NCBI GenBank assembly: GCA_041658955.1
Contig: JBAZZE010000001.1
Coordinates: forward strand, 16,676 to 80,675
Reading direction: 5' to 3'
Source: Candidatus Shapirobacteria bacterium
Lineage (GTDB): Bacteria > Patescibacteriota > Microgenomatia > UBA12405
Length of the DNA stretch: 64,000 nucleotides
A model generated the notes under the pieces. That model saw only the letters and a list, made by a program, of their open reading frames with translations, had not been told where the DNA came from and made no database searches. This document shows, piece after piece, positions 49,008-58,445 of the stretch. Numbering within the stretch: the first letter of the stretch is position 1; each line of letters begins with the position of its first letter. The position numbers were made by a program, and so were the translations under genes.

Positions 49008-49583
49008 TTATTTTAGTTCTACACCTTCTATCCGGTCACTAAAATGCCACTTACCATCGATATAAAAATAGGCGTCGATCCTGTATTTTCCCGGGACTAA
49101 TACTTGCTGGGTACTATGCATGTGAGTCACCCTTGCCGATATTTTTTCACCCGATTCTGGTATTTTTTCCCAAGTCGTACTGTACCATTGTGGGGTTTGG
49201 TTTTTATCGTTACACATCTCCATTACTACTTTTGATCCGGTGACATAATTTTGAGGAAAAACATCACGTTGGACACGATAATAAATACTATCCGTATCTT
49301 TTTTATCTGCTAATTTACTAAGTTCAAATGTCCGAGTGTTTGTAGTCGTGGCCTCGTTGTCGCTTGACTTGTCTTCTAGTTTTGCCGCATAAAGTTTTGT
49401 CGACCAGTCAGAGTATTTTTGGGGATTGTCGCTGATCTTACTAGTACAATCTACCCATTTTACTGTCGATGAATTGGAAGTAATCGGAGGCTTAGTTCGA
49501 AATCTAATGAAAAGAAACAAGAATACAATAATAAGACAAATTAGAATTGCAATTGTTTTTTTATTCACAAAATAATATAACAC
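49008..49583 (-). CDS. exported hypothetical protein
   Basis: N-terminal TM/signal segment. Confidence 0.6.
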   Translation of the reverse strand: MLYYFVNKKTIAILICLIIVFLFLFIRFRTKPPITSNSSTVKWVDCTSKISDNPQKYSDWSTKLYAAKLEDKSSDNEATTTNTRTFELSKLADKKDTDSIYYRVQRDVFPQNYVTGSKVVMEMCNDKNQTPQWYSTTWEKIPESGEKISARVTHMHSTQQVLVPGKYRIDAYFYIDGKWHFSDRIEGVELK

Positions 49584-49665
49584 AAAGGGTAACCATCATC
49601 ACATTAATCCGTATTTTTTATATTCAGCAATTGCTTAATGTAGTAGATTAAGATTAAATTAATCA

Positions 49666-51591
49666 ATGCGTAAATATTTGATTGCAGTCCTGATTTGTCT
49701 AACTGCAATTCTATTGTTTAATATCCGCTCAATTCTTGCTTGGGATATTGCTACTCCGCCTATCAGCGGGGGAACTTTCACTACTGTAAATAATTATGGA
49801 CAACTCGCCGTTGGAGCTAGTGGTTTTGTTTATGTCACGGGTGTTGGTATTTCCGGTCACGATGTCGCCAAATACGATGCCAATGGCAATTTTGTTATGT
49901 CCTTTGGTCCTTCTGGTTCACCAGGTGTAACAGTTGACAGTGATGGCAATATCCTAGTGACCAACTGGAATTCGCAAGTTGGCGTCAATCCCGGAGTCTA
50001 CAAATTTGATAGTAGCGGCACTCCAATAGATATTTCTGGTACCGATTTGGGTGCTTCAACTTTTATTTTTTCATTCGGCATCGCCTCCGATAGTCTAGGA
50101 AATGTTTATGTTTCCGATATCCAAGGGAATGGCGACTCTGATATGGTACGAAAATACGATTCCACTGGAACATTGGTTGCCACCATAACCGGTAATGGCA
50201 CGCCTTTTAATCAGCCTCAAGCTGTGGCTGTAGATGGATCAGATAATCTTTATGTTCTTGATTCAGGTAATAATCGCGTCCAAAAATTTAATTCCGCCGG
50301 GACATTTGTTTTAGAGATAACTGACGGTGTTCAAGCCATGAGTTATCCTGAGGGTTTTACTGTCGACACTAGTGGCAATCTTTATATTTCTGACTCGGGT
50401 AACAATAAAGTAAAAATATTTAATACTGCGGGAGTTCTCCAACAATCATTAGTTCCTGCCGATTTTGGATTAGGCGCTTTTAATTACCTGGTCGGCCAAG
50501 CTATTACCACTGATGGGATTTTGTATTCCGGCGACTCAAATAAAATTTTGAAGGCAACCTTTGATCGCACTCCTGCTAGTCTTTCCGTCAATAGTTTACC
50601 GAGTGACACCTCTAGTTCAGCCACACCATCTTTTACTGGTACTGCTACCGATTCACAATCGACTATTACTTCTGTTGAATACGCAGTTGATGCTAGTGCC
50701 TACTCCGCCTGCGTTGCTGATGATGGGGCTTTTGATGAATTATCCGAAGCCTACACTTGTACTGTTTCTCCTGCCCTTAGTGAAGGATCACATACCTTAA
50801 GTGTCCGTTCAACTGATAGTAAAGGCAATACTAATACCGGGCTTACCCTCTTTGATTATGGTTTTACTGTCAATACAGTAGTTCCCACCGCCACACCTAC
50901 TCCGACTAGTGCGGTAACTCCCACTCCCACTCCTACGGCCACTCCCACCTCAGTTCCCCAAAATAATTCTAACAATAACAATTCAAATTCATCACAAGGA
51001 AGTAATTCAGCTCCTTCATGCTCTGATTCTCCAACTCTGTTTACTCCTGATTTATTTGAAATTCGTACCACCAAAAATACTGCCAAATTACAATTTACTC
51101 CACTTCCTGATACCAATAAGTACTACATTAGTTTTTCGGTTAAACCGTCAGCAGAAGAAAATGGTGAAGAAGTCGTCCTAACTCGTGAAGGAATTCAGAG
51201 CCACACGGTCTATCAGCTAAAACCATATACTTTTTATTATTTTAAGGTCCGTGGCCATAATGGATGTATGCCTGGAAAATGGAGTAATATCGTCAAGGTA
51301 AGAACCAGTTCACAAGTTTTTTATAAAAACAGTTTGCCTATTAGCAACCTTTCCTCTAGTCGCACTACTAAAACAATAATTCCAGCCAAAAACAAAGCCA
51401 AAGACAGGATTATTCCCAGTAATAGTACAACTACTGAAACTCAAATTATTTTGCCACCTTCGGTTGCAATTACTGACGCACCTCAACCAACTCAAGTAAC
51501 TAATATTGCTCCAGTCCAAAAAAACTCAGAGGCACCAGCATCTGCTCCTGTAGAAAAACCGAAACGTTGTTTCCTCTGGTGGTGTTTTTAG
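49666..51591 (+). CDS. secreted NHL-repeat, Ig-like and FN3 surface protein
   Basis: PQAVAVDGSDNLYVLDSGNNRVQKF repeats, PT linker, FN3 YYFKVRG.NGC. Confidence 0.88.
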   Translation: MRKYLIAVLICLTAILLFNIRSILAWDIATPPISGGTFTTVNNYGQLAVGASGFVYVTGVGISGHDVAKYDANGNFVMSFGPSGSPGVTVDSDGNILVTNWNSQVGVNPGVYKFDSSGTPIDISGTDLGASTFIFSFGIASDSLGNVYVSDIQGNGDSDMVRKYDSTGTLVATITGNGTPFNQPQAVAVDGSDNLYVLDSGNNRVQKFNSAGTFVLEITDGVQAMSYPEGFTVDTSGNLYISDSGNNKVKIFNTAGVLQQSLVPADFGLGAFNYLVGQAITTDGILYSGDSNKILKATFDRTPASLSVNSLPSDTSSSATPSFTGTATDSQSTITSVEYAVDASAYSACVADDGAFDELSEAYTCTVSPALSEGSHTLSVRSTDSKGNTNTGLTLFDYGFTVNTVVPTATPTPTSAVTPTPTPTATPTSVPQNNSNNNNSNSSQGSNSAPSCSDSPTLFTPDLFEIRTTKNTAKLQFTPLPDTNKYYISFSVKPSAEENGEEVVLTREGIQSHTVYQLKPYTFYYFKVRGHNGCMPGKWSNIVKVRTSSQVFYKNSLPISNLSSSRTTKTIIPAKNKAKDRIIPSNSTTTETQIILPPSVAITDAPQPTQVTNIAPVQKNSEAPASAPVEKPKRCFLWWCF

Positions 51592-51655
51592 CCTAAAATT
51601 CCAAATATTCAAAATAAGGTATAATATAGTATTAGTTTATTCACCCTGATTTTGT

Positions 51656-52003
51656 ATGTTAAGCCTAATTTTAATTTTGTTAGTAGGTAGCGGATTAGTT
51701 TATATATCTCGTTTTAATTACACGCCAGTTGATGTCAACTTGGGTGTTTATGCTTTTTATGGGGTGCCACTTTTTTACGTCATCGTCGCAGCTATTCTAA
51801 TCGGCTTAACTATCTCTTATATTGTTCTGATCATCAACTCGATTTCTTATGCTTTGACTATCCGTAAAAAAGATATTCAACTCAAAAAAGATCAGGAGGA
51901 AATTCTTGAACTCACCAAGAGAGTTCACCAGCTCGAGCTCGATGCTGAAAAACTAAAAAATGGCGACATCACACCTGTTCCCTCTGATCCAAACGCCTTG
52001 TGA
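51656..52003 (+). CDS. LapA-like membrane protein
   Basis: 2 TM helices (N..PVDVN..VPL) and a coiled coil. Confidence 0.7.
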   Translation: MLSLILILLVGSGLVYISRFNYTPVDVNLGVYAFYGVPLFYVIVAAILIGLTISYIVLIINSISYALTIRKKDIQLKKDQEEILELTKRVHQLELDAEKLKNGDITPVPSDPNAL

Positions 52004-52464
52004 AAAACCTACTAGGAAACATCTACCGGTCCCTACATATGCCAAAAAACCTCCAGTTATTTATCATGCGTCTTTTGCATGACAAATTTCTAGTCGGGGT
52101 CACTGGCATTATTCTCAATGATAAAAATGAAATCCTGGTGTTTAAACATACCTACCGTTCCCACCCTTGGAGTTTGCCTGGCGGATATCTAAACGGTGGC
52201 GAACACCCTCAAGAGGCTTTGGAAAGAGAAATCAAAGAAGAATCAGGTTTTACTATCTGTATTGACGAAGCCCTTAAAATTCGTACCGACCGGGAGACTC
52301 CTAGACTTGATCTTTGTTATGTTGGTACATACATTGGCGGTGAGTTTACTCCTACCAAAGAGGTATTAGAATACGGCTTCTTTTCAATGGACAATTTGCC
52401 ATTACTTAGGAAAAATCAACTGTTTCTCATAAATGAAGTTCTCAAAGATCATATGGACAAGTAG
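52000..52464 (+). CDS. NUDIX hydrolase
   Basis: LPGGYLNGGEHPQEALEREIKEESG. Confidence 0.9.
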   Translation: MKNLLGNIYRSLHMPKNLQLFIMRLLHDKFLVGVTGIILNDKNEILVFKHTYRSHPWSLPGGYLNGGEHPQEALEREIKEESGFTICIDEALKIRTDRETPRLDLCYVGTYIGGEFTPTKEVLEYGFFSMDNLPLLRKNQLFLINEVLKDHMDK

Positions 52465-52489
52465 TTGAACTAGTTGTAGTATATGATAT

Positions 52490-52666
52490 ATGGCAACTAC
52501 TTCAAGTACATCAAAGCAAAGAGTAACCCTATTTCTTAATCCAAAACTTCTTATTCATGCCAAGGCCCAAGCCGCCATCAACAATCTAACTCTAACTGTA
52601 TTAGTCGAAAAAGCCCTGGTAGCTTATTTACCAGACGAGATAATCACCAAGAAACCACGCCTTTAG
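52490..52666 (+). CDS. ribbon-helix-helix DNA-binding protein (58 aa, below the ORF-track cutoff)
   Basis: MATTSSTSKQRVTLFLNPKLLIHAKAQAAINNLTLTVLVEKALVAYLPDEIITKKPRL. Confidence 0.75.
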   Translation: MATTSSTSKQRVTLFLNPKLLIHAKAQAAINNLTLTVLVEKALVAYLPDEIITKKPRL

Positions 52667-52702
52667 AGAATCGTTAACCGTTTAAATAGTGAGGGTAAGT
52701 GT

Positions 52703-52909
52703 ATGACGACTGTTGTAAGTAGTCCTGTCCAAAAAGAAGGTAGTAGTGGAGCTGTTGTTGGCGTATTTGCCATCCTCGTTCTCGCTCTACTATTTATTTA
52801 TTTCGGTATTCCCGCTCTTCGGAGTATGGGCAATCCACAAATAAATGTTCCAGCTCCGGTGATCAATATGCCGGATAAAGTCGATGTGAATGTCAAGCAA
52901 GCGCCGTAG
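52703..52909 (+). CDS. small single-TM protein
   Basis: Hydropathy; GAGG RBS. Confidence 0.65.
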   Translation: MTTVVSSPVQKEGSSGAVVGVFAILVLALLFIYFGIPALRSMGNPQINVPAPVINMPDKVDVNVKQAP

Positions 52910-52951
52910 TTTATAGGAATTTATTTATTAGTTTTTTTAGGAGTATTTAAT

Positions 52952-53206
52952 ATGGGAATTTTACTTTGGATCATCTTTGGAGCCCTCGCTGGTTGGATCG
53001 CTTCGGTTATCATGAAAACCAACTATTCACAGGGGACTGCTACTGACATAGTCCTAGGTATTGTCGGTTCAGTTGTTGGTGGATTTTTACTTGGTACTGT
53101 TGGTCAGTCCGGAGTTACCGGATTTAATGTCCAAAGTTTACTAGTCGCCATTTTTGGAGCCGTAGTGGTTATCTATGTCGGCCGAGCTATTAGAAATAGA
53201 AATTAA
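52952..53206 (+). CDS. GlsB/YeaQ/YmgE stress-response membrane protein
   Basis: WIIFGALAGWIAS..IVLGIVGSVVGG. Confidence 0.9.
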   Translation: MGILLWIIFGALAGWIASVIMKTNYSQGTATDIVLGIVGSVVGGFLLGTVGQSGVTGFNVQSLLVAIFGAVVVIYVGRAIRNRN

Positions 53207-53225
53207 TAATTTAAAAAATAAAAAT

Positions 53226-53483
53226 ATGACAGATAAAAATATAAAAACTCAAAACGATACTAGTGTTAATCCGGTAATCGCTGCCGTCGCCGGAGCCGTC
53301 GTCGCTGGTGCTGCTGTTGCTAGTGCTTTTGTCTTATCAAATAAAGACAATCAAGAAAAAATTAAAGCAGCCGCTTCTAATATTAAAACAAATATCCAAG
53401 ACAAAAATGCCCAAGTTATGGGTAAAGCCAAGAAACTTGGAGAGATCACCAAGAACGCAGTTAATGATGTAAAAAATATATGA
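53226..53483 (+). CDS. YtxH-like protein
   Basis: GAVVAGAAVA followed by an amphipathic helix; start ATG 53226. Confidence 0.6.
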   Translation: MTDKNIKTQNDTSVNPVIAAVAGAVVAGAAVASAFVLSNKDNQEKIKAAASNIKTNIQDKNAQVMGKAKKLGEITKNAVNDVKNI

Positions 53484-53860
53484 AAGAAATAATTGTCACA
53501 CCTGTTACCACCACTCCAATCGTGGAAACACCAGTCAAAGTTGGTGCCACCGATAATGAAACCATCGAATACTTTGTCTATTACTTCTTCGGTTTTGTCG
53601 AAGTCTTATTGGCTATCCGCTTAATTCTTAAGATCGCCGGAGCTAGTGTAACTAGTGGTTTTGTCCGTCTAATCTACGCCATAGCCGGATTCTTTACCAT
53701 GCCCTTCGATGGTATTTTCCGACGCTCCTACGCTGAAGGTTCCGGTTCTTCCTCGATTTTTGAGCCGGCCGTCATCGTTGCCATCGGTTTTTATTTATTA
53801 CTCGCTTGGGGAATAGTCAAACTAATTCGTATTTCCTCTGGTGAGAAGCAAGCTGAATAA
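53480..53860 (+). CDS. YggT-like membrane protein
   Basis: LLAIRLILKIAGA..FV..IY..PF.GIF. Confidence 0.7.
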   Translation: MKEIIVTPVTTTPIVETPVKVGATDNETIEYFVYYFFGFVEVLLAIRLILKIAGASVTSGFVRLIYAIAGFFTMPFDGIFRRSYAEGSGSSSIFEPAVIVAIGFYLLLAWGIVKLIRISSGEKQAE

Positions 53861-53861
53861 T

Positions 53862-54005
53862 ATGAATATTTCCATAAATGGACTAACACCGTTTGTCTCT
53901 CTCGTTTTTGGTGTTTTGGTATTACTGTTTCCCAAAATAGTGAACTACCTTATCGCCGCTTACCTGATCGTCAACGGACTTATTGGACTTGGATTATTAA
54001 AATAA
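53862..54005 (+). CDS. DUF3096 small membrane protein (47 aa, not in ORF track)
   Basis: MNISINGLTPFVSLVFGVLVLLFPKIVNYLIAAYLIVNGLIGLGLLK. Confidence 0.8.
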   Translation: MNISINGLTPFVSLVFGVLVLLFPKIVNYLIAAYLIVNGLIGLGLLK

Positions 54006-54091
54006 AAGTAAGCTAGGGTACCAAATTTGACTCTAGTCTCTTATAGGACTATAAATTAGTTGTACGCATTAAATATTTACTCCAGCGAAAT

Positions 54092-55081
54092 ATGAAAAAG
54101 ATTTTTTCAATGTTTATCGCCGCAGCCGCTTTGGTGCTTACCACCAGCCCTGCTTTCGCGGTAACTTCCTCTGTTTATGATGCTCTACCTAGCGTGTCTC
54201 CATCTACAAATTATCCCAGTCTTGGCTACCAAGCTACTCAAACCAAAGAGTTTGGAGATTATATTCATCTCGGTGGAACAGATAGAGTTTTAAAAAATAT
54301 CACCGTGTCTATGAGTGATTGGGCATTGTTCTCTGATTATTCTGCAGACCCAAGATATATGGGGAACTCCTCAACTTGGACTCATCCTATAACCATAAAG
54401 GTTTACAGTAATCATTTAGATGCTCAAGGTGTGCCAGATACTTTACTTGCTACTAAAACAGCAGATATAAATATTCCTTGGCGCCCAGTTGCTGACCCGA
54501 CCTGTACTACTCCAACAGCATGGAGAGCTACAAATGGTCAATGTTATAACGGTTTCGCATTTAACGCCAATTTTGATCTGAGTGACTTAAACGTCACCTT
54601 ACCAAATGATCTAATTGTTAGTGTCAAATACAATACTCAAACTTATGGTGACTCACCTCTAGGTGTAAATGGACCATACAACTCACTTAATGTCTCTGTC
54701 CCAGATAATCAACTGGTTGCAGTAGGTACTGACGACAGCGCTAATAAAGTATTCTGGAACACCATCACTGCTGGTTGGTATGCTGATGGTGGCGCTGCTG
54801 GAGTTGGTGTACTTCGTGAAGATAGTAATTGGACACCTAATGGTACAGTTGCACTTAAAATCGAAGCCGGTCCTGTTCTCGTCGCACCTCCTACAAACAA
54901 AGATCAGTGTAAAAAAGATGGATGGAAAATATTTAACAATCCATCATTCAAAAATCAGGGTGACTGTGTGAGTTTTGTTGAAAAAAACAAAAAAGAGGAT
55001 AGCGATGAAAAAGAAGAAAAAAACCGAGAAAAAGAAAATAAAAACAAAGAAAGTGAACACGACGATAAAAAAGATAACTAA
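54092..55081 (+). CDS. secreted protein
   Basis: Signal peptide (AFA), C-terminal CKKDGW..FKNQGDCVS motif, charged tail. Confidence 0.75.
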   Translation: MKKIFSMFIAAAALVLTTSPAFAVTSSVYDALPSVSPSTNYPSLGYQATQTKEFGDYIHLGGTDRVLKNITVSMSDWALFSDYSADPRYMGNSSTWTHPITIKVYSNHLDAQGVPDTLLATKTADINIPWRPVADPTCTTPTAWRATNGQCYNGFAFNANFDLSDLNVTLPNDLIVSVKYNTQTYGDSPLGVNGPYNSLNVSVPDNQLVAVGTDDSANKVFWNTITAGWYADGGAAGVGVLREDSNWTPNGTVALKIEAGPVLVAPPTNKDQCKKDGWKIFNNPSFKNQGDCVSFVEKNKKEDSDEKEEKNREKENKNKESEHDDKKDN

Positions 55082-55102
55082 AGTTATTTTGTAATTCACT
55101 TT

Positions 55103-55134
55103 AACAGCCCACTAAAAAGTGGGCTGTTTGTTTT
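55103..55134 (+). terminator. intrinsic terminator
   Basis: AACAGCCCACT-AAAA-AGTGGGCTGTT plus T-rich tail. Confidence 0.8.
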
Positions 55135-55148
55135 GGTAAAATGCAGCT

Positions 55149-56123
55149 ATGAATAATCGTGTTGGACTAGGTACCTTTCCACTTGCTGGTGTCTTTACCC
55201 CGACCAGTTCAGATGATGCTCAAAAAATAATCCATAAATTTATCGATCTTGGTGGATATTATTTTGATACCGCTCCGGTCTATGGCAATGGTGAAATTGA
55301 AAAACTATTGGGGCACTCATTAAAGGGTATTCCTCGAGAAAAGTATTATTTGGGAACTAAAACTATCAAGCATGTCGATGTTGATGGTCGTGTTTTCAAA
55401 AGCGGACGTTATGCTGATGTAGTCAAACAAATAGATAACTCACTTTCCCGACTAAATACCAACTATGTCGATCTTTTGATGGTTCACCTTCCCGACGAAG
55501 AAACGCCAATAGATGAAACACTCCGGGCTATGGAAGATCTCCAAAAAGCCGGCAAAGTCAAAGAGTTGGCGGTTTCCAATGTTAGTCTGGACGAACTCGT
55601 AGCCTACAACACTACAGGAAAAATTAAATATGTTCAAAATCGTTTTAGCCTAATTAGCCGGAGTTTATCAACAGAATTTCAAAACTATCTTTTAGAAAAT
55701 AATATTTATCTTCTTCCTTATCATCTTCTTGAGATTGGTCTACTAACCAACTTGGCTCTAGAAGAGTTTCATCTCCGGGAAGGGGATTTGCGCGAAAAGC
55801 TTCCCTATTGGAATAATGAAAACCAAGCAGTCATTTTTGAATGGGTTAAAAATAATCTTGGGCCTATCGCAACTGAGCTGGGAATAACTATCGGTCAACT
55901 AACCATTGCCTGGACCTTAGCCCAACCATTTGTTGATTATGTCGTCGTTGGCACTACTAACCCCGAATATCTGGCACTCAACTTAAAAGCCAACGATATC
56001 AAACTTGATAAGAATATAATTTCTAAAATCGAAAAAGCTTATTCTGACCTAGAATTATTCATTAAGAATAAATACGGCCAAACCATGAGACAATTCAGAG
56101 GTCTAAATGCCAGATTCTATTAA
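55149..56123 (+). CDS. aldo/keto reductase (IolS-like)
   Basis: FDTAPVYG.G, SLSRLNTNYVDLLMVH, LAVSN. Confidence 0.9.
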   Translation: MNNRVGLGTFPLAGVFTPTSSDDAQKIIHKFIDLGGYYFDTAPVYGNGEIEKLLGHSLKGIPREKYYLGTKTIKHVDVDGRVFKSGRYADVVKQIDNSLSRLNTNYVDLLMVHLPDEETPIDETLRAMEDLQKAGKVKELAVSNVSLDELVAYNTTGKIKYVQNRFSLISRSLSTEFQNYLLENNIYLLPYHLLEIGLLTNLALEEFHLREGDLREKLPYWNNENQAVIFEWVKNNLGPIATELGITIGQLTIAWTLAQPFVDYVVVGTTNPEYLALNLKANDIKLDKNIISKIEKAYSDLELFIKNKYGQTMRQFRGLNARFY

Positions 56124-56125
56124 CT

Positions 56126-56638
56126 ATGAACAATAAACTTTACATTCTCTGTGGAATTCCCTTTTCCGGTAAAACTACCTTAGCAAAGAAAATGGAAGAC
56201 AAACTCAATACCCTTTCGATCGATCTTGATGCTATCAAATTTGAATTCTTTGGTAACGATGCCACAGATGCTCTGATTGGTAAGGAAGGTTGGAACCGTA
56301 TTTATCAGGAAATGTATCAAAGAATCAAAGACGCACTGTCATCAGGTCGAACTGTTGTTCACGATACTGGAAACTTTACCAAATATGAGCGAGACTTAGT
56401 CCGAAAAATTGCTGAGGAACAAAAACTAGAGTCAACCACCATTTTTGTCGATATCCCCACTGCTGAGGCTTATAAAAGATTGGTCGCCAATCGTCAAACC
56501 AAAGCCAGATTTGATGTTCCTGATGATGATTTTTATGGTGTCGTCGAAGAGATGGAAATTCCCGATGCGAATGAAAAGCCGTTGGTATTAAAGTGGAACG
56601 ATTCTTTTGATAATTGGATTGACAAAAATTTAGTTTAG
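56126..56638 (+). CDS. P-loop kinase (AAA_33 family)
   Basis: GIPFSGKTT, VVHDTGN. Confidence 0.85.
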   Translation: MNNKLYILCGIPFSGKTTLAKKMEDKLNTLSIDLDAIKFEFFGNDATDALIGKEGWNRIYQEMYQRIKDALSSGRTVVHDTGNFTKYERDLVRKIAEEQKLESTTIFVDIPTAEAYKRLVANRQTKARFDVPDDDFYGVVEEMEIPDANEKPLVLKWNDSFDNWIDKNLV

Positions 56639-57708
56639 TTCCTCAAACTTGTTTTTATATCAACCAAAGCACTTTTGAGCAACTTCCCTTTACTGGTTAT
56701 TTGGTTATTCCAGTCAAAAAGTCCCATGCGAGACAAGTTATCTATCGTATGCACTACAAATCCCAGCTTTGCATATTTGAAACTACTAATATAACTACTA
56801 ACACAATCCAAGTCTTTATAAGATCCAAAATCATCCGTGTAAGTACCTCCAAATTCTCCAACTATCAATGGTACTTTACCAAAATATTGAGTTGGCAGAA
56901 TACATTTACTGGAATCAACATCTTTGGCAGTTGACCCGACATATTGATGGATATCATACAAGATATTCTTTTGTTCAGGTGGGTTTGCAATGTAAATATC
57001 TAAATAATGTCCATACTCCATCCCGTTAATTACTCCCACTGCATCAGGACTATTTTTTCTGACTGTGTCGAGCATGTCTAGCTGTCTTTTGTACAAGTCA
57101 GTTTGGGATACACCATGGGACTCTGCTCCCATTCCATACATTACCCCCACATTGTTTTTTAATTTTTTTGATAATGTTTCCAATATTTTTTCAGTATTTT
57201 TTCCCAGTGGACTGTAGTAAACATCTTCTCGTTTTTTTTGCCTATCATTTAATGGAATAAAATCGGTCTCGTGAACTACTGGAAAAATTAAGGTATACAT
57301 TTTGTTTTCAGTTGCCCAGTTGGCCAGCTCGACAATTTCATCAACCCGTTTGTTTACTTTCAGTGGCTGTTGTAAATATAGGACAACTAAATTGACTCCC
57401 CAGCTTTTTACTTCCAAAATATTTTGCTTCAATGTTTCTATATTTTTGTGCATCGGATTAAATCTAAACTCGTCAGTTGTTATTCCTACCAACATCACGT
57501 CATTTCCATCCGTATCAATAACACGGGTACCTACTATTGACAAAGGTTTTATTTTATCTGTCCTTGTAGCCGCTTCTTTTACGGGTTCGGTATCGGTGGC
57601 TACCAGAGTGGATATTTTACGATATTGTTTATGAATCACTGTTCCACCTACTACCACCACTAATACCAATATAATCCACCTTAACCATTTCATTAAAAAG
57701 TATAACAA
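56635..57708 (-). CDS. membrane-anchored GH5-like glycoside hydrolase
   Basis: WGVNLV, AESH at the NEP position, YDIHQY, PLIVGEFG. Confidence 0.75.
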   Translation of the reverse strand: MLYFLMKWLRWIILVLVVVVGGTVIHKQYRKISTLVATDTEPVKEAATRTDKIKPLSIVGTRVIDTDGNDVMLVGITTDEFRFNPMHKNIETLKQNILEVKSWGVNLVVLYLQQPLKVNKRVDEIVELANWATENKMYTLIFPVVHETDFIPLNDRQKKREDVYYSPLGKNTEKILETLSKKLKNNVGVMYGMGAESHGVSQTDLYKRQLDMLDTVRKNSPDAVGVINGMEYGHYLDIYIANPPEQKNILYDIHQYVGSTAKDVDSSKCILPTQYFGKVPLIVGEFGGTYTDDFGSYKDLDCVSSYISSFKYAKLGFVVHTIDNLSRMGLFDWNNQITSKGKLLKSALVDIKTSLRN

Positions 57709-57945
57709 TCAGAACATCATTCGGTCAGAACTAATCTCAAAAACTTTTTGCTTCGATTTTGCTCCACGAATCAAAGACACCAATGACTTTTTAGTTTTGA
57801 AATACTTAGCCAAAGTATCAACGATTACCTCGTTAGCTCTACCATCTATTGGCGGTGCGTTTACATAAACGTGTAGTGCACCCATTTTGTCTGTCTCAAC
57901 TCTCGGATTTCTGGAATTTGTATGGGCCACAATCGTCACTTTCAT
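57709..57945 (-). CDS. DUF167/YggU protein
   Basis: APPIDGRANE..LIRGAKSKQK. Confidence 0.88.
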   Translation of the reverse strand: MKVTIVAHTNSRNPRVETDKMGALHVYVNAPPIDGRANEVIVDTLAKYFKTKKSLVSLIRGAKSKQKVFEISSDRMMF

Positions 57946-57970
57946 AACTAAGTAATTATACCTTTAACCA

Positions 57971-58002
57971 ACAAAACCCCCTCAAACATAAGGGGGTTTT
58001 GT
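57971..58002. terminator. hairpin terminator
   Basis: ACAAAACCCCCT/AGGGGGTTTTGT. Confidence 0.75.
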
Positions 58003-58014
58003 AAATAAAGTCTG

Positions 58015-58392
58015 TTATCTGCTATTGTTTTGATTACCCATTCCCATACCACGACCTTGTCCGTTTCCCTGTCGCATACCCAAACCGTATTTTGCTCTAA
58101 AAGCATTTAATAAAGTTGAGTCACCTTTCAAAGATGCTAGGTGAGCGGCGGCAAATTCTTTAAAATTTGATTCGTTGACGAATCGGGTAGCCCCACGTCC
58201 AGACATATTTGTAGTCCAGGCTTTGTAGTCACCTTTTTCGAACGCAGCTAAGTTGGCATTGTGTCTTTCTTCAGAATAATTTGGTCCTTTGACTGTAGCG
58301 TCCCCTCGATAAGCGAAAACTGGAGTCAAAGTATTAATAGCCACTAAACCGAGTGCCAATGCGGCTACTCCTAATGCAATTTTTGTTTTCAT
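58015..58392 (-). CDS. secreted protein with Gly/Met-rich tail
   Basis: Signal peptide; downstream of the ECF pair. Confidence 0.7.
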   Translation of the reverse strand: MKTKIALGVAALALGLVAINTLTPVFAYRGDATVKGPNYSEERHNANLAAFEKGDYKAWTTNMSGRGATRFVNESNFKEFAAAHLASLKGDSTLLNAFRAKYGLGMRQGNGQGRGMGMGNQNNSR

Positions 58393-58445
58393 AGAATTTA
58401 TGAATTATTAATAGACTTGCGCAGTCTATTAGTAATACAAACCTT

